A stretch of 42,240 bases of DNA from a virus. Of this stretch, positions 35,021 to 42,240 are shown one piece after another (the stretch's first letter is position 1; each line of letters opens with the position of its first letter). The position numbers and the translations under genes are program-made. The stretch lies in UHGV virus genome UHGV-0128348, one strand, 5' to 3'. The notes below the pieces were generated by a model that saw nothing but the letters and a program-made list of their open reading frames with translations, had not been told where the DNA came from and searched no databases.

Positions 35021-35863
35021 ATGACCAAATCAACCATAACCAGAGAAGAAAACATTCAGGCCGTATTCGATTTAAAGGCTGGTTATACATTGGGGCTCGC
35101 CGATGTAGAGATTCTCAAGCGAGTAGCTCGCATGGCGCTGGCCGCAATGGATAGCGAGCCGGTTGAGATGCCTCTCGACTACCTACAGGGGCACAAAGAT
35201 GGTCTGGAGTGGGTCGCTCAACTGGCAGAAGCCAATCACCCTGAAACCGGAGACTGGCTTTACGATGACCCTATCGAGCTGGCAAAGGCTATTCGCAAGG
35301 GTCCAGATATGCCGCCAGCGCCGGTAGTGCCGGAGAATCGCGTAACAGCAGAACACCGACGCGTTATTGAAATGCTGCTCAACGTATGCGGGGCCGCATT
35401 TGAACTCGCGGATGATAGTTGCCAGCAAGATGTTGACGGGGAAGATTGTCATGTTGTTCCAGACGGTGCATTTCAGAAACTAAGTGATGCGCTGGACGAA
35501 ATAGAAAACACTCTTCCGACCGAAGATATCGACAGACCAGATGTATTTCTTGCCTGGTCGGCAATGCCAAGGGCAGCACTAAAATCTATTCTCAATGCTG
35601 GCAACTCTCCGGTAATTCCAGAGGGTTACGTGATGGTGCCGATGAGGTTAACCGCTGAGAACGGCGCAAAGGGTGTGCTATCTGGCGAATTTTCAGAAAC
35701 ACAGTTTGTAAACTGCCCGGAGTGTTTTGGTGATGATGAGTGCGAAACATGCGACGGCAGCGGCAGAATTGAAATAAAAGTGCCAGTCAGTTGGACGACT
35801 ATAAAAGAAATTTGGATTAAAGGTGTCGAGCATTTTGCAGCCGCACCGCAGGAGAATAACTAA
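35021..35863 (+). CDS. hypothetical phage protein with C-terminal Cys cluster
   Basis: 280-aa ORF with ...CPECFGDDECETCDGSG... Confidence 0.55.
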   Translation: MTKSTITREENIQAVFDLKAGYTLGLADVEILKRVARMALAAMDSEPVEMPLDYLQGHKDGLEWVAQLAEANHPETGDWLYDDPIELAKAIRKGPDMPPAPVVPENRVTAEHRRVIEMLLNVCGAAFELADDSCQQDVDGEDCHVVPDGAFQKLSDALDEIENTLPTEDIDRPDVFLAWSAMPRAALKSILNAGNSPVIPEGYVMVPMRLTAENGAKGVLSGEFSETQFVNCPECFGDDECETCDGSGRIEIKVPVSWTTIKEIWIKGVEHFAAAPQENN

Positions 35864-35864
35864 C

Positions 35865-36431
35865 GTGAACCATTTAATGATCGACATCGAAACAATGGGT
35901 AACAAGCCTACTGCGCCAATTGTCGCGATCGGCGCTGTATTCTTCGACCCGCAAAGCAGTGAGTTGGGCGCAGAGTTCTATGTGGCCGTTAACCTCGCCA
36001 GCGCTATGGATCAGGGTGCGACACCTGACGGTGACACTATCCTGTGGTGGCTCAAACAATCATCAGAGGCCCGAGCAGCTATTTGTACCGACGATACCAG
36101 AAGCATTACATTTGCTCTCTCCGAGTTGAGTTCATTTATCAGCCGCCACTCTGACAACCCACGTTATATCAAAGTCTGGGGTAATGGTTCCAACTTCGAC
36201 AATGTGATTTTACGCTCAGCCTACGACCGCGCCGGCCAAACCTGCCCGTGGTTATTCTGGAACGACTGCGACGTGCGCACCATGGTGTTGCTCGGTAAAC
36301 AACTTGGTTTCGACCCCAAAAGCAATATGCCATTTGATGGTGTAGCCCACAACGCATTGGCCGATGCCCGCCACCAAGCAAAATATGTATCGGCAATCTG
36401 GCAGAAACTATTGCCTACAAGCGACGAATAA
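35865..36431 (+). CDS. 3'-5' exonuclease (DnaQ-like fold)
   Basis: Start GTG 35865 (GGAG RBS) or ATG 35877; ...MIDIETMGNKPTAPIVAIGAV... with D-x-E motif. Confidence 0.6.
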   Translation: MNHLMIDIETMGNKPTAPIVAIGAVFFDPQSSELGAEFYVAVNLASAMDQGATPDGDTILWWLKQSSEARAAICTDDTRSITFALSELSSFISRHSDNPRYIKVWGNGSNFDNVILRSAYDRAGQTCPWLFWNDCDVRTMVLLGKQLGFDPKSNMPFDGVAHNALADARHQAKYVSAIWQKLLPTSDE

Positions 36432-36473
36432 CAACCCTTATCGCCCGGGTGCAGCCGGGCAATGGAGAAATCT

Positions 36474-36680
36474 ATGCTGAGCCTCGATTGTGTTCCCATC
36501 TCAACTTATTGCAAAGAGACAGGCGAAACCCCTGATGCCATAAATAAGCGCATCCAGCGCGGCGTATGGCGTGAAGGGGTACAGGTGCTAAAGGTCGAAG
36601 GCGTTAAGGAAAGATGGATAGATCTTAGTGAGGTTGCAAAATGGGCTCGACAAAATCGCCTAAACTCCCGCGCGGCGTAA
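36474..36680 (+). CDS. xis: excisionase
   Basis: Small basic ORF directly upstream of and overlapping integrase; start at second ATG with GGAG RBS. Confidence 0.55.
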   Translation: MLSLDCVPISTYCKETGETPDAINKRIQRGVWREGVQVLKVEGVKERWIDLSEVAKWARQNRLNSRAA

Positions 36681-37831
36681 CGATCAGGAAACATAGTACT
36701 GGGGAAACTATCAATATTACCTTTACCTATAAGGGGGTGAAATGCCGGGAACCTTTATCAAACCTTGAAATTAATAGCAAAAACATTAAATACGCCGAGC
36801 GAACACTCGGCGAAATTCACAATAAAATTGAGCGGGGTACATTCAATTATGGTGAACACTTTCCCCGTTCGGCACGACTTAAAATATTTGGTAATTCTTC
36901 AACAGGAAAAACGGTAAAAAATTATCTCGATGAATATCTTGTAATTTGTGAAACGAGAAAATTATCTCCCTCAACAATCGGCGGATATAAGAAATGTTTA
37001 AATGCTCTGGCATCACTTCACGTTTTTCCTGCCAGCGAATTAACACCTGCTGCTTTAAAAACATGGATCCAGAGTCAGAAAACGACATTAAAGACGATTA
37101 GGAACCAACTTTCATTCCTACGCTCAGCACTGGATGAAGCTGTGACTGATGGTGTATTGCAGATTAACCCTGTTTCACTGGTGACAGCCTCGCGCTACCA
37201 GAGTAGTAAAACCGAGGATGAAAGTGATTATATTGTTGATCCGCTTTCGCCAGCCGAGGTTGAAGCGCTTTTGCATGCCGCAGGTAACAAGCAGTGGGAA
37301 AACATATTCCGCTTTGCAATTGAAACCGGGCTACGTAGTTCTGAACTCTGCGCCCTCCGTTGGCGCGATATCGACTTTATCGGCAAAACAGCGCATGTGC
37401 AAAATGCCAGCGTAGTGGGGGTAATTAAGGGCACGAAAACTAAAGCTGGAACACGTAAAGTTGAGTTAACCGAAGAAGCCTTGTATGCCCTGACTTCTCA
37501 GAAGCCTTTCACCTTTATGAAAGATGCAACGATCTTTGAGGATCCTAAGACAGAAAAACCATGGGCGGGTGCCGATGCGATAAGAAAGAAAGCCTGGGTG
37601 CCAACTTTACGTAAAGCTGGGATCAGGTACCGTAATCCATACCAGACCAGGCATACGTTCGCGACCCGACATATAAGTCGTGGCGCTAACCTGTTCTGGC
37701 TGGCATCACAGATGGGACATAAAGGGCCAGAAATGTTGTTCAGGCATTATGGACGCTATCTGAAGGAGTATGACGGCAACACTGAAAAACGACCCAAGCT
37801 GGTCAGCGGTGGAACCTCAAAGGAGCCGTAA
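36641..37831 (+). CDS. int: tyrosine integrase (lambda Int family)
   Basis: 396-aa ORF with C-terminal catalytic region ...RHTFATRHISRGANLFWLASQMGHKGPEMLFRHYGRY...; adjacent att core. Confidence 0.85.
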   Translation: MGSTKSPKLPRGVTIRKHSTGETINITFTYKGVKCREPLSNLEINSKNIKYAERTLGEIHNKIERGTFNYGEHFPRSARLKIFGNSSTGKTVKNYLDEYLVICETRKLSPSTIGGYKKCLNALASLHVFPASELTPAALKTWIQSQKTTLKTIRNQLSFLRSALDEAVTDGVLQINPVSLVTASRYQSSKTEDESDYIVDPLSPAEVEALLHAAGNKQWENIFRFAIETGLRSSELCALRWRDIDFIGKTAHVQNASVVGVIKGTKTKAGTRKVELTEEALYALTSQKPFTFMKDATIFEDPKTEKPWAGADAIRKKAWVPTLRKAGIRYRNPYQTRHTFATRHISRGANLFWLASQMGHKGPEMLFRHYGRYLKEYDGNTEKRPKLVSGGTSKEP

Positions 37832-37889
37832 AGGATCCGCAGCAAAACGCTAAATTTTTTTATCATTGTTTATCATGATGTTATTAAGT

Positions 37890-37925
37890 TTCGGGCGCGG
37901 GTTCAACTCCCGCCAGCTCCACCAA
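37890..37925 (+). other. tmRNA (ssrA) 3'-end fragment = prophage att core
   Basis: TTTCGGGCGCGGGTTCAACTCCCGCCAGCTCCACCA matches the enterobacterial ssrA 3' end as I recall it; upstream sequence is not ssrA. Confidence 0.7.
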
Positions 37926-37955
37926 ACATTCATTCATGATGCATCATGAACCTTA

Positions 37956-37993
37956 AAAAAGCCTGCAACTTCAACGAGTTGCAGGCTTTTTTG
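37956..37993 (+). terminator. rho-independent terminator (probable native ssrA terminator)
   Basis: Hairpin GCCTGCAACT-TCAACG-AGTTGCAGGC flanked by A6 and T6. Confidence 0.65.
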
Positions 37994-38090
37994 TTGCATG
38001 TGTGGTCATGATCTCTGTATGAATCTTGAGCATTATGTATCTTGTTTTGCACCGCGTTGCCTGAACGCTAAAAAAACAAGGTGCAAAAAC

Positions 38091-39338
38091 ATGCCTAAGG
38101 TATTGAAATCCCTAACCAATACCGAGATCGCTGCCGCCAAGCCGCAGAAGACCGAGTATATGCTGCGCGATGGCGACGGACTGGCGTTGTTGATTAAGCC
38201 ATCCGGCAGAAAGATCTGGTACTTCGAATACACTCCCCCGGCGCTGAAAAAACGGACCAAAATCAGCATTGGCCCCTATCCGGTAGTCACCCTCGCCATG
38301 GCGCGAGATTTCAGGTTGCAATACCGGCGTTTACTCGTGCAGGGCATCGACCCGCAGGCCCATCTGGAGCAGGTTGCAGAGGAGCAACGACTCCAGAATG
38401 AATGCACGCTGGAAAAAGTGGCAGAACAGTGGCTCAAAGAGAAAAAACGGACCAGCGATCTTAGCGAAGATCACGCCAAAGATGTCTGGCGCTCGCTGGA
38501 GATGCACGTCTTCCCTTCTCTGGGTAATACACCCGTTACCGAGATCCGTCCCAAAATGCTCAAGGAACACCTTACACCGCTGGAAGAACAGGGCATCCTC
38601 GAAACGCTGCGGCGGGTTATCTCACGACTCAATGAAATCTTCCGCTTCGCCATCTCCGAAGAGCTTATCGAGTTTAACCCAGCAGACAACCTGGTCGCCC
38701 GCTTTAAGAAACCGAAAAAGCAGAATATGCCCGCCCTTCACCCCAGCGAGCTGGGCAGGCTGATGCTGGCGCTATAGAACGCCTCTATCCGCAAGGAAAC
38801 CCGCTGCCTTATCGAATGGGAGCTACTGACCTGGGTTCGCCCCGGCGAAGCCGTCAGCGCCCGCTGGTGCGACATCGATATGAAAAAAGCGGAATGGCGC
38901 ATCCCCGATACTTTTATGAAGATGAACCGTTCGCACACGGTGCCGCTCAGCAAACAGGCGCTGCGCGTTCTTCAGGTTATGGAGCCCGTCAGTCGCCATC
39001 GCCCGTGGGTTTTCCCCAGTATCCGCAAACCACTGGAGCATATGCACCAGCAGACCGCGAACGCCGCGCTTATCCGCATGGGGTTCGGCGGCGAACTGGT
39101 CGCCCACGGCATGCGCAGCATCGCCAGGACCGCAGGAGCAGGTCATTTTCCCCGTGAAGTCCTGGAATCTGCGCTAGCACACCAGAAAGAAGACGAGATC
39201 GAAGCGGCCTACAACCGCAGCGACTATCTGGAACAAAGGCGACCGCTGATGCAGTGGTGGGGAAACTACGTTGATGCTGCCAGACGGCAGGCATTGCTCG
39301 GTGAAGAAGAACCGCTGCGGATCGTGGAAGGAGAATAA
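38091..39338 (+). pseudogene. P4-type (IntA-like) integrase interrupted by one in-frame TAG
   Basis: ORFs 37998..38777 and 38880..39338 share a frame; the frame is open across 38778..38879; only stop is TAG 38775..38777; N-terminus MPKVLKSLTNTEIAAAKP..., C-terminus ...YNRSDYLEQRRPLMQWW... Confidence 0.7.
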
Positions 39339-39339
39339 T

Positions 39340-39984
39340 GTGACCAGTCCCATTCGTCAGAATCTGTTTGAACGGGAATGCGATATGCCGCTGCTGGAAG
39401 CGCGGCATCTCGCCCTTCTGCTTCTCGGCCTTGATGCTTCCCAACCTGCAAACGCCCTACCGGAAGAACATCAGGAGAATTACCGTATCCTGCACGACGC
39501 CATCAGCCGCACCATCAAAGCCACAGGCATGGTCAGCGCCCCTGCAAACAAACGTATGTTCTATGCCGATGAGATGTTCGCGCTGGCCTGGCGGCTTATT
39601 GATGACGAACTCACGCCGCCAGAAATTAAGGCCCGCAGCCTGAAGGCGGTGATGAAACTGTCGCGTAACGGTCGTGGTCGCAAGTGGCTGAAGACGCTCG
39701 GCGACGACGCGCTACCGGATCTCACTGCTTCCGCACAACCTTCCCAGCGTGGAATGTATAAGCGCGACAAAGCGCGGGAGAATACTGCCCGACTCTGCTG
39801 GCTACTGGTTCAGCTACTGGTTGAGGAGACTGACGGACGGTATGGGACGTATGATAAACCAGCTTCGGATCGGATACTTCGAAAGCTGAAAATGCTGGCG
39901 CAGGAGCGGGAATTGCCGTCGGATGGGCTTGGACGGGGGACGTTTTATGAGGTGTTGAAGATGGGGCGGGTGAAGAAAGTGTAG
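39340..39984 (+). CDS. hypothetical protein
   Basis: ORF 39271..39984; likely GTG start 39340 with GGAAGGAG RBS just after integrase stop. Confidence 0.45.
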   Translation: MTSPIRQNLFERECDMPLLEARHLALLLLGLDASQPANALPEEHQENYRILHDAISRTIKATGMVSAPANKRMFYADEMFALAWRLIDDELTPPEIKARSLKAVMKLSRNGRGRKWLKTLGDDALPDLTASAQPSQRGMYKRDKARENTARLCWLLVQLLVEETDGRYGTYDKPASDRILRKLKMLAQERELPSDGLGRGTFYEVLKMGRVKKV

Positions 39985-40256
39985 GTAGTTGCTGCATAGT
40001 GTCGGGATGTAACGAACCGATTAAACTCTGAAACCGCCTGATGTATAGTTGGCTTGGAGCCAATAGCAGATATGAATGAATCGATTGCAACAGAATCTCC
40101 GTCTGATCAAGACGTCTTCAAATTCTTGAGGTTATAGTGTGTGGTGCTCAATGAATCGTTGCGCAGGAAATTTGACCTGCGGACCATTTCAGCTGCAGCA
40201 AAAACAGGTAGCGTATCAAATACAGATGAAATCAGGCATTATGCAATGGAGACAAG

Positions 40257-41048
40257 ATGATAGATGAGAGCGCAAAAACGATAGCCGAAAAGCTCGCTGT
40301 TCCGGTTTATGAAGATGCCCTGAGCCCTTTTGCTAAAGAATTATCAAAGGGGTTAGTCTCTATTGCCAGAATGGTAAATTCGGGAATATTCCTAGTTGAA
40401 GACAGTGTGCATGCGGTGACAAGCGTCTTACGGATGACAGCTGAGAATCTGGCATTATTACCACCCAAGCAAATTTCATTCGATCGGCCAAGGGTTGCTC
40501 TTCAGGCTCTAAATGAGGCCAAATTTGCAATAAATGAAGATGAAATACAGCGCCTTTTTTCAAATCTAATATCGGCAAGCCTAGACAAGAAAACTTCGGG
40601 GATTGCTCATCCAGCGTACATCGAAATAATCAAACAGCTCCAGCCGGATGAAGCCAGGATCCTTCGGTTTATGTTTAATAAAGAAAAGAATAGAAAAGGT
40701 CATGCACCCACAATTGATATTGTCCAACAAGATTCAAAGGATAGTAACTTCAGAACCACATCAACTACACCGGAAGTAAACCTAATTTGTGAAGATGCTG
40801 GTTGCGATATCCCCGAAAACTCATTTATGTATTTCTCCAACTTAAAACGATTGGGCCTGCTAACTACAACATCAGGAACTTCTTTCCCAAAGGAAGAGCA
40901 TGAAAGAATTTTCTCATCAGAGAAGGTAAAAGAAATATGCAGTGTAAATTCGCATCTAGATAGAGTTTCTTATAAAAGCGGGCAATATAGTTTTACAGGT
41001 TTTGGTCAAGGCTTTGTAGATTCGTGTATCGGCAGACATAGTATTTAA
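40257..41048 (+). CDS. AT-rich hypothetical protein, possibly Abi-alpha-like
   Basis: 263-aa low-GC ORF beside an integrase; N-terminal ...AEKLAVPVYEDALSPFAKELSKG... recalls Abi_alpha/DUF4393 (memory only). Confidence 0.4.
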   Translation: MIDESAKTIAEKLAVPVYEDALSPFAKELSKGLVSIARMVNSGIFLVEDSVHAVTSVLRMTAENLALLPPKQISFDRPRVALQALNEAKFAINEDEIQRLFSNLISASLDKKTSGIAHPAYIEIIKQLQPDEARILRFMFNKEKNRKGHAPTIDIVQQDSKDSNFRTTSTTPEVNLICEDAGCDIPENSFMYFSNLKRLGLLTTTSGTSFPKEEHERIFSSEKVKEICSVNSHLDRVSYKSGQYSFTGFGQGFVDSCIGRHSI

Positions 41049-41424
41049 CAAGTCAATAAACTGTGTCGGTTATTGAGGCCTTAACGTTCGCAATTCGCTC
41101 AGGCTGTGTAAAAATGTTTTTGATTGCAGAAATGGCCTAAAATAGAACTGAAAATCGCTTCCCTATGTAAAATTCGACTCTGATAATCAGCCGTTTGATT
41201 CCAGATTTTGCATAACCTCATGCATTCCAGTATTCGATGAGAGTTTTCACACAGCCTGCGCTCATAGCAGACCAAGTACCACTTCAGTAGGTCCGCTTTG
41301 TGCAAGATATATAGGTATTAAGCTGTTCCATTGGCTAACACACTATGATGTTAGTAATGTCTTCATTATCAATATGAGGGCATCCCCATGAAGAAGCGTT
41401 TTTCCGACAAACAGATCATCAGTA

Positions 41425-42240
41425 TTACTCCACAAGCGGGATAAGCTTTTTACCCGTATCTTCGAAGAATGAAAATGAAGCCCAGCGATATGTATATACC
41501 AAAGCAATCTTGCCAGAATGTGCCTCAATAACTTCTTTTAAATATGACTTACGTTTGCTGCCATCTGGAAATTTAGCCGAAAAGGTCACTATTGCTCGTG
41601 ATGATAGTCCGCCACCATTTCGCATAAAGAGAATAAAATCACTCCCTCTAAACACATTAAACTCCGCGCAATTTGTCACATCATTATCAAACTTAGCAAC
41701 TACATTTTTTATTTTGTCATAGAGGCTAACCATATCCCCAAAAATATTTCCATCTGCTAACTGAATATTTCTTTTATTTAACTCGGCTATATACCCATCA
41801 TCATTAACTTTTCCAATCGGGTATCGTGCCTGAAGTACTATATCTTGTGACGCAATTTGCAATAGCTTCAATTCGTCAACGGTTAATGCCAACTCCAAAT
41901 CAATAGCCATCCTATCAATCTTATGACCATAATCGCGAAACTTAAGATCTATCGTGTCTTTTTGCGCACCAAGATTCATTAAAAGAATCGCAGACTTTAA
42001 CAGCATTTCGAAAGCATACCCCAACATAAGCCTGCTTGTTTTATCTGTTGCTGATGCGATATCGATATATTCATGCACAACGGGAGATTTCTTACTTGTA
42101 GCCAGAAACAAGCTCTTGTTTCGATCACCTTCACTTCTCAAAAGCTTTGCTGATAAATACAGCTTTTTGGACTCTGTTAACCAAGCCTTACGATCAAAGA
42201 TACCTTTTCCATTTTTCTGCGTAATTATTTCGCTCTGCAT
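41425..42240 (-). CDS. AT-rich hypothetical protein (start at or beyond window end)
   Basis: 271-aa low-GC minus-strand ORF whose first ATG is at the window edge. Confidence 0.5.
   Translation of the reverse strand: MQSEIITQKNGKGIFDRKAWLTESKKLYLSAKLLRSEGDRNKSLFLATSKKSPVVHEYIDIASATDKTSRLMLGYAFEMLLKSAILLMNLGAQKDTIDLKFRDYGHKIDRMAIDLELALTVDELKLLQIASQDIVLQARYPIGKVNDDGYIAELNKRNIQLADGNIFGDMVSLYDKIKNVVAKFDNDVTNCAEFNVFRGSDFILFMRNGGGLSSRAIVTFSAKFPDGSKRKSYLKEVIEAHSGKIALVYTYRWASFSFFEDTGKKLIPLVE

Noticed and set aside
34848-35024. 58-codon plus-strand ORF (MRKTSIAISMALASIGTVSLASES...)
   Set aside because: Tightly coupled to the next gene (ATGA overlap) but too short to support without homology.
1-42240. 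CRISPR array or transposase/IS element
   Set aside because: No regularly spaced direct repeats with spacers and no transposase-like ORF with terminal inverted repeats; the tandem repeats found are coding (acidic protein) or iteron-like.

Overview
The window is a nearly complete lambdoid prophage with HK97-type head/tail genes, followed by the start of a second integrative island. All calls are from reading the sequence and ORF translations by eye; no searches were run, so family names are recalled similarity, not database hits. Left to right: minus-strand late genes (truncated tape measure, G/T tail chaperone pair, major tail, head-tail joining proteins, major capsid, protease, portal, terminase large and small, HNH endonuclease), an acidic repeat protein, a lysis cassette, a Q-to-lysis cargo region (Dam-like methylase, tRNA-like gene, AT-rich two-gene cassette, TerB-like gene), then antiterminator Q and the early-right operon (DUF968-like, KilA-N, RusA, LexA-like, C5 methylase, N6A methylase, O-like initiator with iterons, cro). 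The immunity region has a plus-strand cI repressor with operator palindromes on both sides. The plus-strand early-left operon (HD hydrolase, ParB-like, Ea22-like, exonuclease, xis, int) ends at a 36-nt tmRNA (ssrA) 3'-end att core, followed by an IntA-like integrase with one in-frame TAG and AT-rich Abi-like genes. The best candidates for something undescribed are the two-gene cassette at 15013-16745 and a GC-rich ~0.9 kb ORF-free segment at 29800-30700 carrying two tRNA T-arm-like hairpins.
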